62,342 nucleotides of DNA from Catajapyx aquilonaris (Eukaryota): contig KZ538556.1 of NCBI GenBank assembly GCA_000934665.2, positions 1-62,342 on the forward strand. Direction: 5' to 3'. The position numbers were made by a program, and so were the translations under genes. Below, piece after piece: positions 9,481-23,700 of this stretch (the first letter of the stretch is position 1; each line of letters begins with the position of its first letter). Under the pieces are notes generated by a model. That model had not been told where the DNA came from and searched no databases. It worked only from the letters and a program-made list of their open reading frames with translations.

Positions 9481-12400
9481 TGGAGAAGCAGCACTCTTAT
9501 CCTTCCATTCACCCTACCTACTACCTGTGCCCGTTTTTCCCCTTCCGGTTTTGCCCGTCTGCTTTATTTCCCCCTACCCCCCTCTACCTCCCATCGCACA
9601 CTGGACTTGCGTGTTTTTCCTACCCTCCGCCCCGGTCCTATCTGGCATCTCACCAACCAGTTCGTTCATCCTCGCTGGATGTGCAGGTTTTCGGTGGGAG
9701 GAAAAGAACTTTTCTCCCACCTTGTACCATTCCCTTTTTTGGGGGGAGAACCAGGGTACATAGATTCAGGGAGGGAATAGACGGGTCGATAGAACCCGGG
9801 TCCATTTCGGGAAACGAAGCGCGGAGCCGTGAAATTAATAACTTTCACGGCCCTCCCTAGGCGTTGGCGGTGGAGGGAAGGGAAAGAGGGGGAAGTTTTT
9901 TTTTCTCATTCTTTTTCTCACCCTACCCTACGTCCTCTCCCGTGTGCTTAGTGCCCCAGGGCTGCGGCCGAATGGACAGGAAGGGACATCTATGTGTGGG
10001 TGCTGAAACTTGTAGGGAGCTTAACGCATTCGGTGCGTGTCAATTGTAGGGGGTGCGTGTAGGTCAAGGAAATGTGACATGTGGAGATAAGAGGTAAATA
10101 TGTGTGAGGTTTCGAATAGAAGGGGGAAGGCGGGGGTGGGAAGGGATTATGGCCGCTAGCTTGGAGTTGCGTGGTACGACTTTTAACGATTTGTCAAAAG
10201 GGATAGGGGGGATTGGCGAGGTCGTAGCCTAAGCGGGTCACAATGGGCGTGAAGGTCAATTTTTTGGGATGTTATGCGCTCTGGTTCGGTATGAAAATAC
10301 TAATAAAGTGAAGAAAGAATTTGTTGTTTTTAGCCCGGTTTTATCTTGCCCTTGAGCGCGTTAAGTATGTGGACGTCTCGCATTACTAAAACCCGGCTAG
10401 TGTGTTAAGTATTTATAGTGTGAAGTTTGACTGTCGTGACGTAAATGCAATTGTGGAGCGAGTAAACGATAAGACTCGTGTTTTGAGTGTTTCACGCCTG
10501 GTGTCAATACACCCTTTGGTCACTCCTGTCGTGGTGGTTGCAGGCATGCCAGGGTACAGATACCGAATATATTGCTGAATGCAGCGTTACACTGTACAGT
10601 ATTTACTGAAGGTATGCGGTTTCATACTGCGAAAATTATTGTTATTATTATTATTATTATTGTACATGAATTTAGTAAACAGTGATATAAAACTTACCAC
10701 ATTTTCTAGTATCCTCCACATACTATTTCAGTTATATCTGTGGCCTCTTTACAACGTGTAGTGCACACTTATCTCACAGTTGGCACATTTCTATGGTCAA
10801 TGAAGCACACTCTGACCCCCCAAGTGGCAAGAATCTCCGACCGAATTCCTCGGCACTTAGCAAGATCCCTATAAAAATATGCAAGGAAAAAGGGGAAGAC
10901 AGAGAAACCCGGGGAGTCGTGCTCAGCTGTCGGCAGCCCTTCACTATGTAGTTGTGCAAGCTATGAGGGGATGGGAGGAGAGTGGGGAGTAGGGAGTAGG
11001 CTAATATGTGCGGAACTCCCAGCACGTCCAGAACATTTCAGAATCAGCTGACTACTAAATGGGTCCCTCTTGACAACATAGTCCACGGAATGCTGTTTGT
11101 TACATGACGTTAATGATAATTAGGTAATGAGTATGTGGGGAAAAATAGTACAGTGGCTTTACTATTTTTCACGGTCTATTACAATTTCAATCTCCTTTTT
11201 TTCGACCCCTCTTTCCTTCCCTTATTTTCCAGCTGGCTGTGGAAGTGGAATAAAATGCAGTATATTGTCCTCGGAAAGGGGGGTACGTAAAGCCAATGGT
11301 TCTCTTGTCCTCGTAAAAAGAACACTTTTGGTGAGGAGTGGATCACTTACTCCCTGTTTCTCCGCTTCATCATTTGACCCTTTTTCCCTGCCACTCTTAC
11401 GGTCGGTCACCACGGACTGCCTGCCATTCATTCCCGAATGGTGTCTCCAATATATTGCACCTTACTGGACAAAACAATCCCTTTTATTTCCTTTCATTCT
11501 ATTCCCAGTGATGCACGGCACAGTTATCCGTGGTAATGCCCCAAGAAAAAACGTAACAATGTGTTGACAGTGTGCATCGGATGATATAGAAGCATATACA
11601 GTAATAGTCTGTTCTGATGGTGCAACCTGTTGCGCATCTATGGTCGCATGCTGCAGTCAAGTATAGTCTTTAATAGCCCAGATCATGGCTTCTGCTTTAG
11701 CCAAATTGTATCCAAGCGGTATTATAACATTGAACTTACAAGTTAGCTGAAAAATTACTGCACGATTCGCATAATTGTTTCAAAAATATCAGTAAAATTG
11801 ACAAATCGTTACTGAATTACAGTGCTTGCAAATTTATGCTTAGAATAGAACTGTGCTTTAATATTTCATACGACATTATCTATAAAAATTAATCTCACTT
11901 GATGATTTCAATCTGAATCATTCACTTGAGCTGACACGGGGTCGCAAGTAGTTAAGAAGGGCAAGAAAAAAAAGGAAAACGCAGCCTTTTTAAAACCTTC
12001 TTATTCCCAAAGTGCCGCATCGTAAAGACACTCCGACAATCTCATGGGAATAAAATGAGGGCGGAAATTTTAATGTCTCAATATCACCTTGGTGTGGAAG
12101 ACACGTCATATTAGCCTCAAAAAGTATCCTCGTCGGACAAATAAAATTACCTCCCATGTCCATAAAAATCGCCAAGTAGGCTCTTGTGAAGGAAGCTCCT
12201 CTCGAGCTTCCCATATGGCCCAAGTGTCCATTATCCGGAAAATAGGCTGCGTCACATGGCCAACGACTATACGGTACAGATTTTTCCAAACGTGTAATTA
12301 GTATATATGGTATTATAAATACGGCTACCTTCAGCTTTGTACAGAATAACTGTATTATAGAACCGGACAGGAGTCTGGTTTCACATGACACACGGCAGTT

Positions 12401-15400
12401 GTGACCTTAGAGACCAGAGGACGTCCATTGGCCCTCAAAACCCGCCAGACTTGGGCACTCCCGAAAACACCCATGAGCACAACCAGTTTTATCAGCATTC
12501 CAACCCAATGGTATACTGTATTCCTTCCTGAAATTGCATGCCGCTCCTTCTTGATCCTGACAAATGACCATTCCTCATGAGCCTGTACAGGTCTAACTGC
12601 ACAGCTTATCAGATATGCAGTTAGGTGTATATGTATATTTAAGCATTTAGTTCAGCACGAGTCTATATTCATTGCATTTGGCTCGGTTCTCAGAAGTGGC
12701 CATTCGCCGAATTCTCCCTGGATACTCTTGCGCCCACAAACAACCTTTTACTGCTTAATTTGTCCCATTGCGTGAGGCCAACCCGTTAAGAACCCTCGAG
12801 TGAGATTTTGATTATTGTCTGTTGTGTAACTGCGGGTTTTTGGATGCCATATAATAATGTGACCGGATTTTAATAATTTATACTAGGTATAGGGAGGGTC
12901 TTACCTTTCCCTCAATATGTAATCGAAACATGGGCCTACCTCCGATTTCCGCGGGTGTCTCAGTTGTCGCCAAGTAGGTGTAAGGCCAGAACTGAAAATA
13001 CAGAGAGGAAGAGCGTTAAAATTGCTATGTACCGACATAGAAACCTTTTTCTCTGGAAGGTTATACTGTATAAAAAAGTGGTTTGTATAGGAGGGCTTTG
13101 CTCAACAGCAGATTTAATCTGGAATGCAAGTGCAATAAAGCCATTTAAATCAAACATCGGAAGCCTTTGAGCTAGGCCGTTGGTGTGGAGGTTCAAAGGA
13201 CTCGACCAGACCGCCTGGTGCCCACCTTCTCCCCAGAAACCCACTTTGTATATTTGACGGATTCCTGTCAAAGGCCACTGCGGCAACCGGCTTTCTAAAC
13301 ACCCAGGGAATGGAAAGATTTGTTAATTTTTCGTTCCCCTCCCTCTCTCTTTTTTTAATATTTATCCTACACACTTTCAACTCGGCGCATTCCCCAATAA
13401 TGAACATACTGTACACTGGTATTAGTTACCTTATGACATGACGGACAATAATAGTATTCAGAAGGCCTGGCGATTCTGCACCTGAGGGATGTGAGCCGTC
13501 CGAAGGGCCATCCTGCAATCTGCCGGAAGAAGTGGTGAATGGAAACAACAAAGAAAGACGAAAAAAGGCGGGAAAACATGGTGGAGCTGATGGGGGAGTA
13601 GGAACAGGACAGCATACATAGGTATTTTATTTCGGCGCCTTGTTTGTTCCCCAAGCTGGGTGCGGGCCCTCCTACCCCTTCCTCCACTTTGTTTCTGAAC
13701 AGGGACGTGTTTATTTTGAAACTTCTTGGCGGAGTCTGCAACAGATGTAAACAGGCTTCCAAAAGAGCCCCTGTCGATGCTGCCGCCTGTACCCCTTTCC
13801 TTCCTCAACCTCTTGGAGCCACTCCAACCTGTTTCATTGATACCATTGTCGAGCGCTGACATGTCCCAATTGTTCCGGAAGCTCCAGATTATGTGTAGCA
13901 TTTGACCAAAAGGTCACTTTATTATTTGAACTTTTTTTCAAATATTTAAGCCTATCTGAGTTGCTCCATATGCACGTCAGCATTTAGCGCAAGGTTATTT
14001 CATCACGGTTCCTTTCATTGCGTATGGATACAGGGCGTCATACTCGTTATGACAAGCTACTGGGTCAAAAGTCGAGGGTTTCTCACGGTCACCTACCCGT
14101 TGTTCAGGCGGTGGTTTTATCAGTTGCACAAGAAGCCTTTGTGATAGTGACGCAATAGACAATGTGTCGCTGAAATATTCATTTTGTCTGGGGGCGGCAG
14201 GTGATGCTGAGGACAAGTTCTCAAGGATTGATATATAAATATGTCACCGAGACTTATATATAAAAAGGACCTCAACTAGCGGATGTGCAGGCTCGAGTAG
14301 CTCGGTGGACCTGGAGAAAGCAAATCCGTCAACATCACAATAACTCGTAGCGCTTAATGACGCAGCTCATATGTATGACGTGTGCATTTTCTGACAGGTG
14401 GATGACATGACGGAAATCACGTGATTATGGGGTCAACCAGAGAGTGCAGCGTCTATTGTCATAAGATGATTTAGGCACGTGGGAAAATTGGCGCGTCGGT
14501 AAGCGTTATGTGATATTAACTTTCAAAGTAATAATAACTCAGTGAACCAATAACACTTATACAACTGGGCAATTACTTTTGGACGTGTATTACTACAATT
14601 ATATGCATAATTATCCCTGTTTACATATTTTCTCCAAAAAGAGAAACTAACACGAAATATTATGCTGAACATCTAAACCGGATAGTGGCGTTCAGCAGGT
14701 TATACAAGTTCGGTTCATATGCTGTATGTAAGTGAGCCAATGAACCTTATGCGGACATGGTTACGGATTAGTCTAGCAAAAATATGATAAAATGATAAAA
14801 ACTCTCATCTGGAATTTTGTTGATATCAGAGTGTCAGAATAGGCGTAAGATAAAATATAAGTTAATAAAAATACACCCTTCCTCTGCACTTCTTCGTAAC
14901 TCTGTCAGGTTGATTAAATCACTCTCAATTGAATTGAACGTGTCATATGTTGAAATCTCGTCTATGTGTGTGTTTCATTGGAACTGTCATGAACAATATG
15001 AACAATCAAACTCCGGAAAAAATCAGCAATATCAAGCTTCATCATTACCCTTATGTTTTTCTCTCTCCATTAATTAATTAAAATATAGGAACGGACCATG
15101 GTCAAGTACCCGAACGAGGTCTCTGTACAAACCTGTAATGTGTATGTTCCAACCGTGTACCATCGCGTAATACAATGCAAAAAAAAGGTTTGGACAACGG
15201 TACAGAGTCGACACCCCTTAAGGTAAAGGGTACAAAATAACCCACATCACGCTGAAGTGCTGCTGGTTATATCTACAATAGGATAAGTCTTGCAACTCTT
15301 TTTGATAGCTAATACGTCACGATAATACTTTCACCGCGTGAAGACATATCACTCATTGTTAGCGCCTGACCCTGGTCCGCCCCCATCTTTTTGTGCAAGA

Positions 15401-16661
15401 CTGTGCTGCATACGCCTGTGACATTAATCAAGGACGAGAGATACAAAAACTGTGCCTGTCATCCACTAGTGAGTGACAGTTAATGTCCCTGATGTCACCA
15501 GATCCCATGTCATCCGATTGCTCTCGCGTGTTCCGCCGTTTGCACATAATGATTGGTATCACACTGGTAGTATACACCAGTGTGGCGGACCAAACTACAA
15601 CCTCTTTGTGTACTGTCTGAAATAAATCACCTGCTACGGCACAATCACTGACCATGTATTGTATGTGTCCCATAAGTTAAGAAATAAGTCCTAGCCTATA
15701 GTATATAAATCTCGATAGTCTATTCTATTGATGCACATCACGACATACCGTGTAACAAACCAGGGTTTGATAGATGATAAACAAGTACAAGGTCCGACAT
15801 GAAACTGAAACTTATTATGCCCAATGAAAATTATACCTTTGACGTGAAATGACAAATTTTACCGGATTTTTTGGCACTTACAGGGCAAATATATATTAGA
15901 AACCAACCCAACATGTTGGAAGATCCGATGTGAACTGTCACCAAGCCCTTGCCAATTTTGGCCAAATTTGGACTTTCAACTTGCTTCGCATTGGCTGCCG
16001 ATAAAGTGCTCCCCACTTTACACCTGATAAAATAATATGATCTACCAGTCTTTTTCAGAAGACCTTGCCTGAGTTCATGTTGATGGGTTCTTAGGGAGCA
16101 ATATACTTGTCAGTATCAGTACAATGCTTTACTCAAGGACGTTATAGATAACCCATAATTTAACATAACTATCCAGATCCCAATTTTTGAGCAAGGCGTT
16201 TAACCCAATTTTTTAAAATAATTCTACGGCTATACATCTAGCCAGGGCAGACCACCCTGAACCCCTTTTTGTCACAGGTCTTCGCCACAATATGGCAAGA
16301 AAGAGACGCGCAACTTTTACAGAGGACTTCCTGTTGATGCTTGCCTAACAATTTTCTCAATTGTCCAATTTGGCTTTCGAACGTATTTACGTTGGACAAG
16401 GGGACACAATAAAACGGTCCGTTACGCTACAAAAACACTCTTCCTCCAAAATACTCGCAGAGGACAAAGTTTCGAGTCGACGAACGTTACACCTTTGAAT
16501 GTCAGCTAAAATGCCCAAGTCCTTTGCATTATAAAAAGGATGTATCATCATTGTTAAAATTGTTTCAAAAGCAATATTGGTTAATTTTTTTTACATAAGT
16601 TCGACAGGTAAGTGGGCATCCAGTAAGGCATATTAGTATACCGTATGACACTGGTACTGTA

Positions 16662-16823
16662 CAGTACTGGCCAATAATCGAGGCAACGACTAGCGACATT
16701 TTCCCGAAGCGGCAGAAGAAGGAATCTTGCTCGCCCGGCTTCTAGCATGCTTATCTTCGATTCCTTCTTCTGCCGCTTCGGGAAAATGTCGCTAGTCGTT
16801 GCCTCGATTATTGGCCAGTACTG
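16662..16823. mobile_element. Tc1-like MITE, 162 bp
   Basis: Perfect 65-bp inverted arms (16662-16726 and 16759-16823) with a 32-bp spacer, TA on both sides. Terminus CAGTACTGGCCAA resembles the Tc1 TIR start CAGTGCTGGCCAA. Confidence 0.85.
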
Positions 16824-19800
16824 TACTTGTGTATAGTCCACAACCAACTCTTCCAGCTATCAACTCTGTAATTCAATTATTTTATCTTTTATATCCCAAT
16901 GGCACTAAAAAGAAATAAATTAGCAATTTCGTCAATTTCAATGTGAATGCAATTGCTACAATGGTGGAGTTTATAATAATTTCGGAACTTCATTATTATC
17001 AATTAAAATTTATCCACATACACTGTGGGAAATTTAATTGGTATCGTCTGGATCAAAATAATTATCACGTTCTGCATAACTGTTTGGAAGTTCTAAAAAT
17101 AAATTACCCTCATTAATTAATTATCCCTAAGCTCACATGTAAAACAAACACACGTGGATTTACCTACCTGAGTCTGATCCGAGCTGCAATTAATACAGTG
17201 TACACCTGCTAACTACCCGTCATTATGACATGATTTCACTACAAAGTGTATGCCTGATTACTCGAGTGACAATCTCTCATGTCTTCATTTTAATTTTTCC
17301 GAAAATCATCTTCGCATATATTCAGACTATGCATATCTCCCATTCACCGCACATTTGAATCGAACTACCCAGATAAATATATACCTTCTTAAAATATGGC
17401 TACTGAACATCAACCTCCTTCAAGAACTTACATCTGACTATAACGCGCATGTCCAGGTGGATACAGAGTATACGCAATGGTCACTATTTTATGTGCACTT
17501 GTGGTGATGACTACAAGAGTTACGCAATCACCTTTCCGAGCTCTCTAAATGAAACTTTTGGCTACACGCCTGAGGACAGTTAAGAGTGTCAAGATTGCCT
17601 CTTTGTGGCATTAAAGCGTGTGGAATGGGTTTTGGGAGCACTAGAGCCATAAAATAGTAATCATCCATGTCAACGCTGCTTCCTAGCATGCGGCCAAACT
17701 GGCAAGCGACCGACATTGAACTTGGGAAGAGAGGAATGGAGAAATCGAAACATGTTACCTTGCTTTTAACCCCCTCCAAAGGCTACTTGCGCATCAAATA
17801 ATGATGGTCATTTCACTCATTTGACTGCAATGTTTATCAGCAATAAATTATGCGTCGTCGCCCATTCTGTTCCATGATTAAATAAAACGCCGCCTTTTCT
17901 CACGCAAATTGCATCCGCACGCACAGTAACATATCTTAGATACTTAATTGGCAATAAGTCTGGCTGCATATAAATTCAAGGTTGTAGAATAGTTGCATTG
18001 CTAACGATGGAATCATAAAAAAGGCGTCGCATGTTTTCTGGCTGTTGATTTCTGTTTCAAGCGCAACTCATGGGTAGGATTTTTACAGTAAAAATGACTC
18101 GTGCGTGCAATAGTACTAGCGGTGTCAGAATATATTGTGTGAAACTGGCGGTGAAATCTGCAGTCACAAGCGAAAACACAGCCCACTTTGCATATATCTC
18201 AAGACAAAAAAGTATGTATCAATCTGCCATGCAATGCAGTACAGAACTGCAAACGGCTCATTTTGACACGTGTTGTCAGAATACTGTTGCATACTAGAGT
18301 ACAGGAAATCCTCTTGCGTGCATATGCAATTAAATGTCTTTGCCTTTCGGGCCATTCTAATTAGCACACTGGTTTAGTCAGCTGACACCCATATTTTTTT
18401 TTATAGAACATCCAAAACGATGGAAACCTCCATGTTTTTAAGTTATCTGGGTTAACATCTGGCATATTTGTACCAAGGAGAACCCAATTTATGATAAGGA
18501 CCAGAAACTTATAACCATCCATATATAAGTTATACCACATGGCAGACGCACCTGGTTTGTTTATCAGCCCAACAGATCGAAACTTTCTTATATATAAGCT
18601 CCAACAATTTTTTTCACGTCTCTCCAACAGGCCAGGGGTCATTAACAAACATATACAAATCACACTGCATTCCAGTATTGCCCAACATTTTGCGGAACAA
18701 TTGAAACCTCACAACAATTGCGTAGCCGTGCTAACTTTGCAAAACGTGACCTTTTTTCTGCCACGTGACTCAGCTCCGGCGTGGACAATAAGCAATAACA
18801 TGATATCCGACTCGAGTGTACAAAACTCACCGTCCAAGGAGCAAATGGAGATATGTGGATTCAACAGGCCTCTCCCATCGCTCAACTGTAGAAGAAGGGG
18901 AAGAAGAAAGTCGCGACAATCTGAAAAGAGCAAGAAATAATATTTTCAGATCCAAAAACTTTTTCTTACTATCACACTCATCCACATTATGATCCGCCAT
19001 AAATCGACGGCTCTTTCTCTGCCAAACAATGTTTTATTGAAAGTGGAGGAGAAACAAACTTGATGGTAGGGGTGACATGAGTGATTCGACATGTTAAGCC
19101 GACTAGCTCAGGCTCGATGATGCGCTTAATTGGGCAAATGACATTGCGCAGTTGGGGAGACCTTGTTTAAGTCGCTGGGCACACACACGCCCTGCAGACA
19201 GCACAATAAAACCCAAATGGAATCAATCGCCCTGATTGCAGCGTTGCAGAGCTTTTTCCATATGACGCTGACGTCGCGACGTGTCTGGACACGACAGGGT
19301 TCGATGCAGTGTCCTACATATAGGTCTATAACTGGGGCTAATAGGCTCAACAAGACGAGTGGTGATATGTTCAAAAAGCTATTCACAGTTTGTATTCATA
19401 AAAAGTGATATAAAGTGGAATATCTACACCACTGCTAACACTGGAACGAAAATGGTTATTTTCTGTCAGTATAGTATAGCTAAAAATGAGTTAGGTCAAG
19501 GTTACAGATTTGCAACGAATTTATGCAATTTATAAACGTCCATTCGTTAATCAGGTTATGTATTAATCCCAGGTATAGGTAGATGGCGCATCCAAAGCTG
19601 CCAAGGCTTGATTACCATTATAAGCTGAACCATATAATTGGCATTTCATTTCCATGTTTCCTCGAGACCTGAATTATAGAGGAAAACGATCGACATGCGA
19701 CAGGTGAGGGACAACTCAAGTATATTATTGTCCTGCCTTGAATCATGTCGCAATGTCACGCGATACGAAGAAGGAAACGATAGCACGTTTTTTTTTATTA

Positions 19801-20660
19801 TTAACCCAAGTCTTAGACATATCTATTTCAACCTAAGTCCTTGTGTTGAGTGGCGATTGGTGGATTCCAACAACCATACAAACCTATATAGTTATTTTAA
19901 TTGTACAGCACAAACTCCTGCGCCTCTGGACTGAAACATTTCAATTAGAAGCGTGTCCGGCACAGTCAAAACTAGATCTATGGATTCCATGCCAATCTGA
20001 GTGATTTATAGTTTACATAACTTCTTTTATGGCGCAGCAAAAATCAAGTTGGTGACTAGTGTTAAAGGATATACAGATGCAAGTTGAGGTCGGAACTTGG
20101 ACGGGGAAACTAGCTTCAACGTTCAACACAACAACCATAAAGTCGAAGCGTTAACCAACTCGTAAAATCATAATTGAATGGTAAATTGTTTTCATTTGGC
20201 CCTTTCTCACGTCGGCAGTTGTCCAATTTTGCCAGCTTTCATAAATTGCGCTGCTTCCAAGTGAATTTTGAAGCTGACATGCGGCTGTACAGGAAAATCG
20301 CACGTTCTGAACATTTTATGTGCATGATGCACTCGATGCACATTTGAGTGTGAATTTGTAAATATATCAACTTTTTTTAAGCAAGTTCCACTTTATATGT
20401 TGCAAAACGCATGTGTTTTTACATTGTAAGGATGGCTTATCAGTTCGCAAATTTTGTACCAGTTTATGTGCAGCATAAATCATGTTTACCGCTTTATTAC
20501 TGTAACACCTGATGCATGCATAATTATATGATGTACACCTCTGTGGGTTTCGGAGGTATGGGTAATGCTTTCGTGCATATACGACAGGTGGAGTGCGGTT
20601 TCCACGAGCCTGAAAACCAATGAAAAAATACATACCCCGACCTCCAGGCTGCAGCCATCG

Positions 20661-20726
20661 AGCCTATTTTATCGGGGTTTGAATCTTATAATTATATAAG
20701 ATTCAAACCACGATAAAATATAGGCT
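20661..20726. repeat. Short fold-back palindrome
   Basis: 26-bp arms (20665-20690 and 20695-20720) with one mismatch and a 4-nt loop, extended by AGCC/GGCT across a 2-nt bulge. Confidence 0.8.
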
Positions 20727-23700
20727 ATCTTATCACTTATAAGGAAAAGGCGCCATCAGGCATACGTGGAGGCTGATTGAAATCTAAATATAGCTGTCTG
20801 GTGCACTTCCTGTCTATATGTTTTAAAGTGATGATGGCTGATTGATAGGATTTCTTTTTTAGGCTAATAGTTGCGTGATGAGATTTTTTTTAAATCCAAA
20901 TTTACAAATATTTTCCGGTAATATTCTGGCTCAACTGAATCTGCATTAATCTGAATCATTTATGCTCAGATAAATCTACGATTGTGTAATAAAGGACTAT
21001 TATTCCACAGTAATCAAGATGAAGGATTACAGTCTATTATAGTCTACGTATTCTGTCATTAACTATTACCGCACAGATTACGCACAGCTTATCAATGGCC
21101 TTGACAGATACTAAAGAATTCACAGATCGAAAACAAGCTCATTGTATATTCATTCCACGATTTATCTTGGTAATTATGAAGCAAGAAAACATGGTACATG
21201 CTCATGAAATTCGAGTCTTTATCATCACGGTTCAAGTTGAATATCAAGGACATATAAAGTATGTTATTTGGATGAGTTATACTACAGAATTCAGCTCATA
21301 TTCGTATATATTGTTGAAAATTTCGCTGATGTTATATACCGATACTTGATTTGCAATCAAACACACTGATGAAATGCCAATTTAATGGGGTTTCAACGGT
21401 GAATGTAACTCACTGTCACATGTGAAGGTGCTGGAAATAATGAGCACCCAGAAAAAAATTTCTGGTACAAATGTGAACTGAATTTTGCTACAGCATAACT
21501 GCGGCAGCTTTTCTCCTTCCTGCCACATTGTCTATAATTCTAGCTATTCACCTTACAATAATTGAATATTTAATTCTTCAAACTTCAGCCATATTTAGGC
21601 TCATAGCTGCCATATTTGCACGACAATCAGGCCCAGCTCCTAAAAATACTGCAGCAGCACAATAACCAACATCAACACGCAAAAAATTTGAAAAATCTAG
21701 CCTGTTTGCCAATGTAACTCACTCCAGAATTCATATTCCGCCCTTGCTCGCCTGCCATACATAGCACTTGTATAATTCCTAGGCTAGCGAGGTACTCTTT
21801 CAGTGCACACAATCAGTGGCAACTTAGTCCCCAGTCCGCCATTCAATCCCAAAAAACAACTGCCGCGTTCCTGAACAAATGAATGCGCCAGTGTAAAAGA
21901 AGCGTGGTTGTATAGTCCTGGAAACTGCGAGGTGCAGCAGGGCTTGAAAAGCGTGGGCCCTGGATTACCCCCTTCTTCTATTTTTTTTCCAGGTGAATAG
22001 CTAGCAATCGCGAAGGGTACGATGCAGTAGCAACATTGGGGGCTCTCCATAGCCGCCACTTTCCCCCAGCATTTTAGGTGTGGGTGAGTAGTTCCACCCC
22101 CCCCCCCCNCCTTTCTATCCCAGCACCATGCAATCGGCAGGCAGCAAGCCCAGATGGAGCCTGGGGATAGGAACGGGGCCCATCTCGTGCCCAGGCTTTC
22201 AAATGGCTGCGATAGGATAGGACCAAAATCGCCCCCGTCACTCTTTCTTTTGGGTCCCCTCTCGCCTCTGCATCTGCTACACCTATTATATGTATATAGA
22301 CCTATATGTAACATCTTCCCGCTAGATGGAGCCTATCCTCCTCGTAAATTTTGTGGAGGCGACCGACTACATCACTACAAACAAGCGGGCGCCATGTTGT
22401 CATGCGGAGTTTTTCAGGTGATGGCTGCTGCTTCGAGGGGGGATGGATATGCATCCCCCTCTTCTTTAGGCACCCTCCACTTGTCAAACTCGAAATGAAT
22501 GTTCTGCCAAGGGGAGTTTATGTCGGTGCCGTCAGAGTCGAATATTGACTACAGCATGCTGTCGGGCAAGGGACTGAAGTGTTCATGAGACACCCTATAC
22601 ATGAAAGTGGAGAAACAAGTAGCCCAGAGAGCGGGGGACCTCAAAAGTGAATCTAAGGCTGGCTATAATGAATAACCGCACAAGGAAGCGAGATGGTCAG
22701 CAGAATACGAAATCAAGAACCATAAAGAATGTGAGAGGAAGAAGGCAATAAACTTCTGCGGACCATTTCGACATGCTTCCACGGTTGCCGCACCAAACGA
22801 CGGCTTTTATAAAGATATTAAAAGCCTCCTTATTCTACCCCCTCTCCTTTTTGCCGTAACTTTATACTACGTAGCCATGTTAATGAAATTGGGAATGACG
22901 TGTCCTGAGCACATTTTTTTCTTACGATTAATTCAAAAGTAAGCTATAAGGGTTATATTGAAATAGAAGCTCCAAGACCTTTGAAGATATGCCAGTCATA
23001 AACTAATCACTTGACAGGAGGGAAATAGTGGCAGTTTATAACTGCACTTAAATACCCACAACACGCTGGTTACACATTCCACTCCTTATTATGACCCGAC
23101 ATGAATTACCATCATAATGACTCGTTAAGCGTTTGAGTTAATAATTCAGGGTTGAGTGTATCACTTGATGTGACGGCTCACACATGCTTCAATCTGCTGT
23201 CGGTCATATCAGGGGACCCAGCAGCAGTCCTTTCGGCTTGGGTTCCTTTGGGAGATATGTATGTCAAATATGCAAAAGAACATAGATATACAGTCATTAG
23301 AAACTTGATTCGTAAGAGCTGGGTGAGCGGCTTTCTAAAGTTGCAGCTAATTAATTTCAAATTATCGGGTAGCCCAGAACTAGGCCGTCTACAGTGGCTA
23401 TTTTTCTGAGAAACTAGGCCTAACTGTAAAACTGATCTGGCAAAACCGAGTACACTGAATGGCTTTCGATGGCTTTAAATCAGCGTCATTTCATTAGGCC
23501 TACTATACACAACTACTGAAAACATGATACGGTCTAATTAAAACAGTACCTTATATTGCTTATCTCACAGGATCACTTGCGGTCAATAAAACCAGCTACT
23601 CCATTATATCCCATACGCTGCATTTATATCGCCATATATAATTACTCTCTAGAGTTATTTGGCAGCAATTTTCGCGACAAATTGTGTGAAATGTCAAATA

